The notes under the pieces: model-generated
What the model was told of the DNA's origin: nothing
The model's input: the letters and a program-made list of their open reading frames with translations, nothing else
Database searches by the model: none
Virus record (IMG/VR): IMGVR_UViG_3300037424_000235
Span: 1 to 39,361 of that record
Reading direction: 5' to 3' (one strand)
Origin: a virus
Taxonomy: Duplodnaviria > Caudoviricetes
Length of the DNA stretch: 39,361 nucleotides
Made by a program: the position numbers and the translations under genes
Shown here: positions 1-7,683 of the stretch, piece after piece
Layout of the letters: the number at the start of each line of letters is the position of its first letter
Position numbering within the stretch: position 1 is the stretch's first letter

Positions 1-480
1 CGCAGTTGGCTCCGCAGTTTTCTCCGCAGTTGGCTCCGCAGTTGGCTCCGCAGTTTACTCCGCAGTTGACTCCGCAGTTCGCTCCGCAGTTGGCTCCGCA
101 GTTCGCTCCGCAGTTGGCTCCGCAGTTTACTCCGCAGTTGACTCCGCAGTTCGCTCCGCAGTTGGCTCCGCAGTTCGCTCCGCAGTTTACTCCGCAGTTT
201 ACTCCGCAGTTCGCTCGGCGGTTGACTCGGCGGTTGGCTCGGCGGTTGACTCGGCGGTTGACTCGGCGGTTCGCTCGGCGGTTGACTCGGCGGTTCGCTC
301 GGCGGTTGGCTCGGCGGTTGGCTCGGCGGTTGGCTCGGCGGTTGGCTCGGCGGTTCGCTCGGCGGTTGACTCGGCGGTTCGCTCGGCGGTTGACTCGGCG
401 GTTGACTCGGCGGTTGGCTCGGCGGTTCGCTCGGCGGTTGGCTCGGCGGTTGACTCGGCGGTTGGCTCGGCGGTTGACTC
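1..480 (+). repeat. 12-bp coding tandem repeat, 40 units: TCCGCAGTTNNC then TCGGCGGTTNNC
   Basis: Read directly; variable codon is GGC/TAC/GAC/CGC/TTC; backbone codons switch at about 215. Confidence 0.97.
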
Positions 481-1138
481 AAACCAAAACCTTTTTTGGC
501 ATTATTGGATGGGGGGCCAATTCTGGGTATTCTGGCACTCGTTTATTTCGTTTTTCAGAGAAGAATGTTCACTCCGGCTCAGCAAAGAACTTGAAGCCGC
601 CGATGATGCGTACCAACTCGCCGCAAAATCAGGTTGTTACTGGTGGCCCAATAAGGATTTTGTGATGGCTTGTGCAAGGCCCCTTGAGATCAATCGTAAT
701 ATCGCAGGTCAACTTCACGCAGACGGAAAACTCGCAATTTCCTGGCCTGATGGATGGGGGCTTTATATGCTGAATGGGGTTAAAGTCCCCGATTGGCTTG
801 TGCTGACTTCGGCAAGAGACATCAATCCCTCTGTGCTTACGACAGATAAATCTCTGGAGAGCGTTGATGTGCGGCGGGAGTTCATCCGAAAGGTCGGGAT
901 TGAGCGCTGTCTTGATACGCTCGGCTGGAAGCCGAAAGACATCCAGGGAGACTACACGCTCGGAGAGGTGACGGTGGGAGAAGGGACGAGACGAGTTTAT
1001 TTGCGGATGCTAAACCCTTCGGTCAAGGTATGGCATTTAGAAGCAGTCCATCCTGATTGTGGGACGGTTCAAGAAGCATTGAACTACAGAGCAAGCGGCG
1101 ACAGAAGCAAAACGTGGGTTCCAGATATACTTTCCTAA
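1..1138 (+). CDS. 3' part of DUF6745-like protein (SAVx repeats, then C-terminal domain)
   Basis: Frame 2 reads (S)AVG SAVF SAVG...SAVD SNQNLFWHYWMGGQFW in frame with ORF 509..1138; motifs SGCYWWP, GQLHADGKLAISWPDGWGLYMLNGVKVP, DVRREFIRKVG resemble DUF6745 proteins. Confidence 0.8.
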   Translation, partial: AVGSAVFSAVGSAVGSAVYSAVDSAVRSAVGSAVRSAVGSAVYSAVDSAVRSAVGSAVRSAVYSAVYSAVRSAVDSAVGSAVDSAVDSAVRSAVDSAVRSAVGSAVGSAVGSAVGSAVRSAVDSAVRSAVDSAVDSAVGSAVRSAVGSAVDSAVGSAVDSNQNLFWHYWMGGQFWVFWHSFISFFREECSLRLSKELEAADDAYQLAAKSGCYWWPNKDFVMACARPLEINRNIAGQLHADGKLAISWPDGWGLYMLNGVKVPDWLVLTSARDINPSVLTTDKSLESVDVRREFIRKVGIERCLDTLGWKPKDIQGDYTLGEVTVGEGTRRVYLRMLNPSVKVWHLEAVHPDCGTVQEALNYRASGDRSKTWVPDILS

Positions 1139-1154
1139 TCACAAGGAGGCACAG

Positions 1155-1469
1155 ATGAAACGCTACCAGCAAGGCGACGTACTGCTCGAAACTTCTTCAA
1201 TCCCGAAGTCCGCAAAGCGCGTCAAGTCTCTCGTTGTCCGCGAGGGAGAGACGACAGGCCACAAGCACGTCCTTGTCTGTGACAACGGAACCGCTGAAAT
1301 CCTCCGCGAGGAGAAGGGCAAGATGTACATCCGGGTGTTGAACGGCTCGGTTACACTGACCCATGAGGAACACGGCCCTATCGTACTTCCGAAGGGCGAC
1401 TACAAGATTCTCCCCGGAGTCTTTGAGTTCGATTACGAGGCAGAGGAATCCAAGCGGGTGATTGACTGA
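1155..1469 (+). CDS. Conserved His-rich small beta protein, usual neighbour of DUF6745 genes
   Basis: AAGGAGG RBS; motifs YQQGDV, EGETTGHKH, LTHEEHGPIVLPKGDY. Confidence 0.8.
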   Translation: MKRYQQGDVLLETSSIPKSAKRVKSLVVREGETTGHKHVLVCDNGTAEILREEKGKMYIRVLNGSVTLTHEEHGPIVLPKGDYKILPGVFEFDYEAEESKRVID

Positions 1470-1589
1470 CAACCAAGAAAGGAATGGAACAGATGACTCC
1501 CGCAGAAGCCGCGATGGATGTGCGGCTGCAACCGATGCGTGAAGCCCTTAAAAAGCTGAATGGGATGTTGTCATCACCGGAGGGATGAA

Positions 1590-1901
1590 ATGATTAAGGA
1601 AGTGCCGGTTACGAGACCTGATGTTGAGCGGCATAAGTTCTGTGATGTTTGTGGCGTGGAGGTGTCTATTGGTCTCCGTTGCTCGAAAGCTCAATGCGAA
1701 TACTGCAAGCGAGATTTGTGCAACAAGTGCGCCTTTCACGAGGACGATTCTGGCTGGGACTATCGGACAGTATGGTGCGAGAAATGCTGGAAGATTGGCG
1801 AGGGTTTTCGTCCCACGATAGAGAAGCATCAGTCGGAGATAGAACGTCTTTACGTGGAATGGCAAGAACTTTGTAAAAAGGAGAGAGAAAATGCCAAATG
1901 A
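1590..1901 (+). CDS. Cys-rich zinc-finger hypothetical protein
   Basis: Four CxxC pairs (CDVC, CEYC, CNKC, CEKC); start MIKEVP after GGAGG. Confidence 0.7.
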   Translation: MIKEVPVTRPDVERHKFCDVCGVEVSIGLRCSKAQCEYCKRDLCNKCAFHEDDSGWDYRTVWCEKCWKIGEGFRPTIEKHQSEIERLYVEWQELCKKERENAK

Positions 1902-2208
1902 ATCAACGGCAGCAGGTGGATATGCTTGCGCAGGAAGTATGACACCGACACTTGTAGGACTTGAGAACACCGCAAAAACAAGAGAATGCAAGATGTTTCA
2001 GTCGCCGACGGCCTGCTTGGACATTTTGCGGCAAGGGTTTGCGGCTACTACAGCCAACGACAACGGAGCGTTGAATGTATGGATTGATAATGACGGCAAG
2101 TATCGAGCGGAGGCTCAACGTTATTATTCACTGCTCGACAGCCAAATCTACTCGACGCAGCGACAACTCAAGCGCTGGTTGAAACGATGGCTGAAGAAAA
2201 TTGAGTGA
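1891..2208 (+). CDS. Hypothetical protein
   Basis: AAGGAG upstream, overlaps previous stop; start could be the later ATG (MFQSP). Confidence 0.55.
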   Translation: MPNESTAAGGYACAGSMTPTLVGLENTAKTRECKMFQSPTACLDILRQGFAATTANDNGALNVWIDNDGKYRAEAQRYYSLLDSQIYSTQRQLKRWLKRWLKKIE

Positions 2209-2285
2209 TCGAATTGAAAGGGAAAACAGAATGACAATGACGGCTTGCGCCCATCGACACATCGAGTACGGTAACAACAATACGG

Positions 2286-2388
2286 GCGGCTGTGGCGGGA
2301 GCAACTCACACGCCGAAAGGCTCATGGTGAGACTCTGGGTGGTGCGCCAATCCTACGCGAAATGCAGGTTCGAATCCTGCCAGCCGCT
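2286..2388 (+). ncRNA. tRNA-like RNA with canonical acceptor stem and T-arm but non-canonical core
   Basis: GCGGCTG (2286-2292) pairs with CAGCCGC (2381-2387); T-arm GCAGG-TTCGAAT-CCTGC (2364-2380); TGGCG...ACGC D-arm-like ends; no 7-nt anticodon loop; no encoded CCA. Confidence 0.7.
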
Positions 2389-2415
2389 CTTTAATTAACT
2401 GGAGGAGGAAAAGAT

Positions 2416-2580
2416 ATGCCTACGAACATCCCAGAGTGGCTTTATTGGTGCGTGCCTGTATTAATGACGCTATGGATTGTGAACATGATTCTGACGTGGA
2501 AGATTGAAAAGGTAAAGAGGAAACTTCTGGAAGGCGGTGTCTGTCCGAGATGCGGCAGAAAATTCCCGGAGGAAGGATGA
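2416..2580 (+). CDS. Small membrane protein with C-terminal CPRC
   Basis: GGAGGAGG RBS; MPTNIPEWLYWCVPVLMTLWIVNMILTWKIEK...VCPRCGRKFPEEG (54 aa, not in ORF track). Confidence 0.65.
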   Translation: MPTNIPEWLYWCVPVLMTLWIVNMILTWKIEKVKRKLLEGGVCPRCGRKFPEEG

Positions 2581-2810
2581 GCAAGATAGACGCACCGGGA
2601 GTACCGGAGACACTGAAATCATGCCCGTTTTGTGGGGAGATGCCGACACTGCTGGGGAATGATGATGGTAGCGAAGAAATAACAGGAGTGTCGATTTTCC
2701 TTGTCAGGTGCGAGACGGTTGATTGCCCCGCACATAGAATTGATGTAATGACTCCGTGGGAGTGGAACCGTCGTGCTCCCATCCCAGAATTGAAAGGGAA
2801 AACAGAATGA
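2577..2810 (+). CDS. Lar-like (restriction alleviation family) zinc-ribbon protein
   Basis: LKSCPFCG...VRCETVDC...WNRRA is the typical Lar-family pattern. Confidence 0.7.
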   Translation: MSKIDAPGVPETLKSCPFCGEMPTLLGNDDGSEEITGVSIFLVRCETVDCPAHRIDVMTPWEWNRRAPIPELKGKTE

Positions 2811-3646
2811 CAGACCAGACCACAGAGGGAGAGGAAAGAAAAGCATTGGACGCCAAACTTCTCAAGGAGTTTGAGACACACTTTGGCATCAAAACCACAC
2901 AGATACGAGGCGTTCCTTATCAGTTGGGCTATTTGACTTCCGAGCAGGCGCAGTTTCACGCGGCCTGGATATGGGAAAAAGTGCTTGATGCCCGCACCGA
3001 GAACGCCGAACTGAGGAAGGAACACGACGAATTGGAACTGCGCCGATTTGAAGGGCGAGAAGTCTCAAAGCAACTCGGGTTACAGGAAACAACGACCATC
3101 GACGAAATCACGGCGGCAATCGGGACGCTCCATTGTGAACTCTCCGCCCTTCGGAAACGGGGAGAGGAGGGAGAGATTCTCGCCGCCCTCAACACCATCC
3201 GACTCTCCCAAACCGGATGGGAGGGTTCAGAGGATATTATGACTTTCAATGGTGAGCCAACGGGTGCAACCATCCTTCGGAATGTTGAGATTGGAAGATG
3301 GTGGCCCGAATTGAAGGAGAAGATTGCGAAGTACGTTGCCGCCTTTCTCACCCGCGAGGAGAAGCCCAAACATAATTCTTGGGAGGCCTCTCAAGCGAAA
3401 GATGAGGTGGCCCGCCTAAGAAAATCCATCTCCGAATTTGAGAAAGCATCTGGGGTTCGCATTGAATCATGGGGAAGCGAACGGTTGGGCGCGGCGGTAC
3501 GATTCGTGATGGATGGGGGTATTGAGAAACAACTGAACGAAATGAAGCGCATGCGCGAATCGGCTATCTGTATCCAGACAATTGTTGACGAATTTGAGCA
3601 TGAGCGGATTGCTAATGCACCGTGGCAACCGAAGAAGGAGAAGTGA
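2807..3646 (+). CDS. Hypothetical coiled-coil protein
   Basis: ATGA overlap with previous gene; long ORF; contains FEKASGVRI motif. Confidence 0.7.
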   Translation: MTDQTTEGEERKALDAKLLKEFETHFGIKTTQIRGVPYQLGYLTSEQAQFHAAWIWEKVLDARTENAELRKEHDELELRRFEGREVSKQLGLQETTTIDEITAAIGTLHCELSALRKRGEEGEILAALNTIRLSQTGWEGSEDIMTFNGEPTGATILRNVEIGRWWPELKEKIAKYVAAFLTREEKPKHNSWEASQAKDEVARLRKSISEFEKASGVRIESWGSERLGAAVRFVMDGGIEKQLNEMKRMRESAICIQTIVDEFEHERIANAPWQPKKEK

Positions 3647-3723
3647 TGATAGCCGCTGCGTGGATAATTTGTCTTGTTATCCTGATCATTGCCGCCTTTG
3701 CTTCTTTGAAGGGACGGAAATGA
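3646..3723 (+). CDS. 25-aa single-TM peptide
   Basis: AAGGAG RBS; MIAAAWIICLVILIIAAFASLKGRK; overlaps both neighbours. Confidence 0.5.
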   Translation: MIAAAWIICLVILIIAAFASLKGRK

Positions 3724-3884
3724 ACGACGGTCTGTTTTTGGCTCTTGGCTTCATTCTTGGCCTCTGGATGGGGGTACAGCTGACATTCCTCTGGCAGAGG
3801 AAGAAGATCCGAAGGTCTATCTCTGAGATCAGAAAAGAAGCCCACGAACTGATTGACACGCTACTTGCGGAGGGGAAGAAATGA
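3720..3884 (+). CDS. Small single-TM protein
   Basis: MNDGLFLALGFILGLWMGVQLTFLW followed by basic tail; ATGA coupling. Confidence 0.65.
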   Translation: MNDGLFLALGFILGLWMGVQLTFLWQRKKIRRSISEIRKEAHELIDTLLAEGKK

Positions 3885-4033
3885 ACGACGGCGAGATGAG
3901 GTGGCGCTGGTTTGACACGCTGGCCTTCGTGGTCTGTATCATCGCTTTCAGCCTGGGGCTCATCGCCGCCCTGGTCCTAACGTGTCCCTGGTGGGTCCCG
4001 AGGTGGATAAAGACGGGGAAGGTCTCTCCATGA
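3881..4033 (+). CDS. Small single-TM protein
   Basis: GGAGG RBS; MNDGEMRWRWFDTLAFVVCIIAFSLGLIAALVLTCPWW...; ATGA coupling on both sides; not in ORF track. Confidence 0.6.
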   Translation: MNDGEMRWRWFDTLAFVVCIIAFSLGLIAALVLTCPWWVPRWIKTGKVSP

Positions 4034-4365
4034 TTAACCCGTTACTGGCTATGATGGGTCTGGAGGTTTTATCCATCCTCTTTGCATTGGTCGCCGTGTT
4101 TTTCTTCGGGGTTTTTATTGGGGGGATACTCGGGAGGCTTGAAGGGGAGGGGTTAAAGAAGGAAGCTCAAGCGAAGATCGACGCTTTCCTGGCTGAAGTC
4201 GGGCCGATAATTACTATTCCCTTGGTCAAATGTTCTCTTTGTGGGAACCTAAATGCTCCATCAGAGGAGCCGGTTCAACTGTGTCTGATCTGTAGAACTC
4301 CCCTTTATCCTAAAGACCGGGTTGAAGGATTCGTGTGCAAAAAACCTAAAAAGGAGGCAAGATGA
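4030..4365 (+). CDS. Membrane protein with C-terminal zinc ribbon
   Basis: Hydrophobic N-terminus; CSLC...CLIC. Confidence 0.65.
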   Translation: MINPLLAMMGLEVLSILFALVAVFFFGVFIGGILGRLEGEGLKKEAQAKIDAFLAEVGPIITIPLVKCSLCGNLNAPSEEPVQLCLICRTPLYPKDRVEGFVCKKPKKEAR

Positions 4366-5534
4366 TTGCGTGGCAGGTGGAGGGCGGCAAGGGAATCCAG
4401 AGTTGGTGTGAATCTCTGGAGGATGGCGCTAAAAGACAGGCGGAAAATCTCTCCCGGCTTCCTTTTGCATTTCATCACGTCGCTCTTATGCCCGATTGTC
4501 ATCAGGGGTATGGTATGCCGATAGGTGGAGTGCTGGCGACACAGGGGGCCGTGATTCCCAACGCTGTGGGTGTAGACATTGGATGTGGGATGTGCGCGGT
4601 TAGTACGAATATCCCCGCACAAGAACTGCCCATTGAAACGATCAAAGACATTCTTGGGATGATCCGCCTTACGGTCCCAGTGGGATTCAGCCATCAAAAG
4701 GAGAAGCAGTCCACGGACTTAATGCCTCCTATCCATGGGGAATCGTTGCCAATGTGCGAGGGTCAATACGAAAAGGCGCTTTCACAGATTGGGACATTGG
4801 GTGGGGGCAATCACTTCATCGAATTGCAGAAAGACTCAAGGGGTTTTTTGTGGCTTATGATTCACTCTGGGAGTCGGAACATTGGTTATCGGGTTGCCGA
4901 GGTTTACAACAAAACCGCCATTAGTTTGAATGAACGATACCGAAGTGCCGTCCCAACGGATTGGGAGCTTGCCTTTCTACCTTTGGATTCGCAAGAGGGG
5001 CAAACCTACTTAAATGAAATGAATTACTGCGTAGATTTTGCGCTTGCCAATCGGAGTCTGATGATGCAAAGAGTCAAAGACGCGGTTTTTTCTTTGGGTC
5101 TTCAGGAAGTCCGCTTTGGGGATATTATCAATATCGCACACAATTACGCACAGATGGAACACCATTACGGGAAAGACGTTTTAGTCCACCGTAAAGGTGC
5201 TACGCTTGCCAGAGAGGGGACTGTCGGTATCATCCCGGGCTCTCAAGGATCAGCGAGTTACATCGTGAGGGGACGCGGGAATCGAGACAGTTTCCAGTCC
5301 TGTTCGCATGGGGCCGGGAGAAGGATGGGGCGCAAGCAAGCCCAACGGGAACTTAACTTGGAAGACGAACAACGCAGACTTGAATCGCGGGGCATTATTC
5401 ACAGCGTCCGCAATGTCAAAGATTTGGACGAAGCACCATCAGCGTATAAGGACATTGAGAGTGTAATGCGGGAACAGGTTGACCTTGTTGAAATCGTGGA
5501 AAGATTAACTCCTCTTGCCGTTGTAAAGGGTTAA
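4362..5534 (+). CDS. rtcB: RtcB 3'-phosphate/5'-OH RNA ligase
   Basis: MPDCHQGYGMPIG, VGVDIGCG, GTLGGGNHFIE, HSGSR, HNYA, VHRKGA, IPGSQG, SCSHGAGR, DEAPSAYK motifs. Confidence 0.97.
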   Translation: MIAWQVEGGKGIQSWCESLEDGAKRQAENLSRLPFAFHHVALMPDCHQGYGMPIGGVLATQGAVIPNAVGVDIGCGMCAVSTNIPAQELPIETIKDILGMIRLTVPVGFSHQKEKQSTDLMPPIHGESLPMCEGQYEKALSQIGTLGGGNHFIELQKDSRGFLWLMIHSGSRNIGYRVAEVYNKTAISLNERYRSAVPTDWELAFLPLDSQEGQTYLNEMNYCVDFALANRSLMMQRVKDAVFSLGLQEVRFGDIINIAHNYAQMEHHYGKDVLVHRKGATLAREGTVGIIPGSQGSASYIVRGRGNRDSFQSCSHGAGRRMGRKQAQRELNLEDEQRRLESRGIIHSVRNVKDLDEAPSAYKDIESVMREQVDLVEIVERLTPLAVVKG

Positions 5535-5582
5535 CCGTCCATTGACGGTTCTAAGATGGTGCAAAAAACCAACGGGGGTGAA

Positions 5583-5771
5583 ATGAACGGGAAACATGGC
5601 ATTAAGATCGACCATATAGACCCAAGAAGGGGAAGGGTGACGGCGTATTGTTGCTGCGGGGTTGAGCTGTCTTCGGTTTCCAGAGAGATGGTAAGGGAGA
5701 AATTCTACATCCATCTTCACGATGAATCTTACATGACGGTGGGCCTTAAACGTCTGGAGAAGGCCGAATGA
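5583..5771 (+). CDS. Hypothetical protein
   Basis: GGGGTG RBS; CCC/HLH; coupled to next gene. Confidence 0.5.
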   Translation: MNGKHGIKIDHIDPRRGRVTAYCCCGVELSSVSREMVREKFYIHLHDESYMTVGLKRLEKAE

Positions 5772-5962
5772 AACAATCCACAATTGAAAAATACGTCATG
5801 CTCATGTCTGAGTTCAAAAAACTGCGAGCCGAGGGGATGACTGAGGGTGATGTTGCGGAGGAGTTGGGGAAAAAATACTTTCTCAATTCTGACACCATTA
5901 TCAAAATCGTAAATGGTCGAGGGCCATATCGCCGCGGTAGATATGGGGCAGAGGAGCGGTAA
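5768..5962 (+). CDS. Small HTH protein, candidate late-gene regulator
   Basis: EGDVAEELGKKYFLNSDTIIKIV resembles a Mor-type HTH; last gene before the late promoter. Confidence 0.6.
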   Translation: MKQSTIEKYVMLMSEFKKLRAEGMTEGDVAEELGKKYFLNSDTIIKIVNGRGPYRRGRYGAEER

Positions 5963-5969
5963 AGTTTAC

Positions 5970-5999
5970 TTGACTTCGACGGAGATTGATTGGTAGATT
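5970..5999 (+). promoter_or_regulatory. Putative sigma70-type late promoter
   Basis: TTGACT (5970-5975), 18 nt, TGG-TAGATT (extended -10, 5994-5999). Confidence 0.55.
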
Positions 6000-6060
6000 G
6001 TGCTGACGGCTGATCACCGTCTGCATTTGTAGTGGGGGAACAAATACACTTTTCAAACCA

Positions 6061-6094
6061 AGGCCCGGTCCCTGCAGGGGAGACCGGGCTTTTT
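6061..6094 (+). terminator. Intrinsic terminator in late leader
   Basis: GGCCCGGTC/GACCGGGCT stem followed by TTTT. Confidence 0.7.
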
Positions 6095-6106
6095 CACGTT
6101 AAGGCC

Positions 6107-6430
6107 ATGTCGAAACCTAAGGGTGGACGACCATTGAAGGCGGTTAATGCGCAACAGGTTGAAGCCCTTGCCCGCATAGGTTGTAAGGACGTTGACATAG
6201 CAGAGATTTGTCAATGTTCGGTAGCCACGCTGACCCGACGTTTTGATGAGAATCTAAGAAAAGGCCGCGAAAATCTTCACAAGAGATTGCGACAGAAACA
6301 GATTGAAGTTGCTCTAAAGGGCAACGTTGTAATGTTGATCTGGCTGGGGAAGCAATACCTCGGACAGTCCGATAAGCAGGAAGTCGCCATGTCTGGAGGA
6401 GTGAAGATCATCCGGGATTCAATCCCATGA
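6107..6430 (+). CDS. terS: Terminase small subunit
   Basis: MSKPKGGRP...HTH...GNVVMLIWLGKQYLGQSDKQE; directly upstream of TerL. Confidence 0.85.
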   Translation: MSKPKGGRPLKAVNAQQVEALARIGCKDVDIAEICQCSVATLTRRFDENLRKGRENLHKRLRQKQIEVALKGNVVMLIWLGKQYLGQSDKQEVAMSGGVKIIRDSIP

Positions 6431-7683
6431 GCGAAGTCCTCACATCAGACGTGATTCTGCCCTCGTTCTACGACTATTGGCATGAGTGGCGCGACGGGGA
6501 CCACACCTTTCACGTTATGAAGGGCGGCCGCAATTCTGGGAAGTCCACAAGCATTTCCCAGCGCATCATCATGGACTTGATCGAGCTGCCCGTCAACGTG
6601 CTCTGCATGAGGAAGGTTTATGACACGATTCAAGGGTCGATGTATGAGCAGCTCAAATCCGCAATCAATCTCTTGGGGGTTGAGGAGTATTTCGCATACG
6701 CCAAAGCCCCCCTGCGGATCACGTACACCCCGAGGGGGAATTACATCGTCTTTCGTGGAGCGGATGATCCCCAGAAGTTGAAGTCAATCAAGACAAGCAA
6801 CTTTCCCATTGCGAGGGCCTGGATCGAGGAGCTGACCGAGTTCAAAGTGGAGGAGGATCTTCAGGTTATCATCGACTCGATCTTGAGGGAGAAACTGCCG
6901 GAAGGCTTAACCTACAAGATCGCGTATTCCTACAACCCCCCGAAGCGGAAGCAGCACTGGGTCAACAAGAAATACGAATCGCACATCATCCCCGCCAACA
7001 CGTACGTTCACCATTCCTCCTACACCGAGAATCCTTTCCTCTCCGCTCAGACCTTAGCCGAGATCGAGGAAGTCAAAGCCAAGAGCGAACCGAAATACCG
7101 CTGGCTTTATCTCGGTGAACCATCCGGTGGTGGCGTGGTCCCGTTTGACAATCTGAGCTTCAGGAAGATCACCAACGAGGAGATTGAGCATTTCGACAAC
7201 ATCAAACAGGGGATTGATTGGGGTTATGCTGTTGATCCTGCTGCCTTCGTCAGACTCCACTACGACAAGACCCGGAGACGCATCTATTTTCTTGATGAGA
7301 TTTACGGCGTGAAGATGTCTAACCGCGAGATTGCCGCAATTATGAAGGAGCGGAAATACGATAGGGTGGAGGCCGTAGCCGACAGCGCAGAGCCGAAGTC
7401 TATCTCTGAGCTGAGAGACTACGGTATCAATGTCTCCGGGGCAATTAAGGGCGAAGGTTCTGTTGAATACGGGGAGAAGTGGCTGGATGATCTTGAAGAA
7501 ATAGTCATTGATCCCTCCCGTACTCCGAACATTGCCCGCGAGTTTGAGAACATCGACTACCAGGTTGACAAGGACGGGAACCTAAAGGCAAAGCTGGAAG
7601 ACAAAGATAACCACACGATCGACGGGACCAGGTATGCCTGCGAGTCCGAGTCTATACCGGCCCCGAATGTCAGGATACACTAA
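6427..7683 (+). CDS. terL: Terminase large subunit, PBSX family
   Basis: Walker A KGGRNSGKS, Walker B WIEE, YNPP, GIDWG, ADSAEP, DNHTIDGTRY. Confidence 0.96.
   Translation: MSEVLTSDVILPSFYDYWHEWRDGDHTFHVMKGGRNSGKSTSISQRIIMDLIELPVNVLCMRKVYDTIQGSMYEQLKSAINLLGVEEYFAYAKAPLRITYTPRGNYIVFRGADDPQKLKSIKTSNFPIARAWIEELTEFKVEEDLQVIIDSILREKLPEGLTYKIAYSYNPPKRKQHWVNKKYESHIIPANTYVHHSSYTENPFLSAQTLAEIEEVKAKSEPKYRWLYLGEPSGGGVVPFDNLSFRKITNEEIEHFDNIKQGIDWGYAVDPAAFVRLHYDKTRRRIYFLDEIYGVKMSNREIAAIMKERKYDRVEAVADSAEPKSISELRDYGINVSGAIKGEGSVEYGEKWLDDLEEIVIDPSRTPNIAREFENIDYQVDKDGNLKAKLEDKDNHTIDGTRYACESESIPAPNVRIH

Larger units (their letters stand above)
2211..2812 (+). repeat. 26-bp direct repeat GAATTGAAAGGGAAAACAGAATGACA at 2211-2236 and 2787-2812
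   Basis: Exact match read from sequence; includes an RBS-like stretch and ATG. Confidence 0.9.

Noticed and set aside
1-480. CRISPR array
   Set aside because: Contiguous 12-bp units with only two variable bases, no spacers, in-frame coding, no cas genes
6-665. ORF-track protein with APQF/ARRL repeats
   Set aside because: Wrong frame of the 12-bp repeat; the SAVx frame is continuous with both the 38856 start and the DUF6745-like domain
2284-2390. Standard tRNA-Met or intron-containing tRNA; Y RNA
   Set aside because: The CAT triplet has no closing anticodon stem even after trial intron removal; no Ro/Rsr gene, and the ends form the acceptor stem, unlike YrlA
6032-6106. N-terminal extension of TerS from GTG 6032
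   Set aside because: It runs through the terminator hairpin; ATG 6107 gives a typical MSKPKGGRP start
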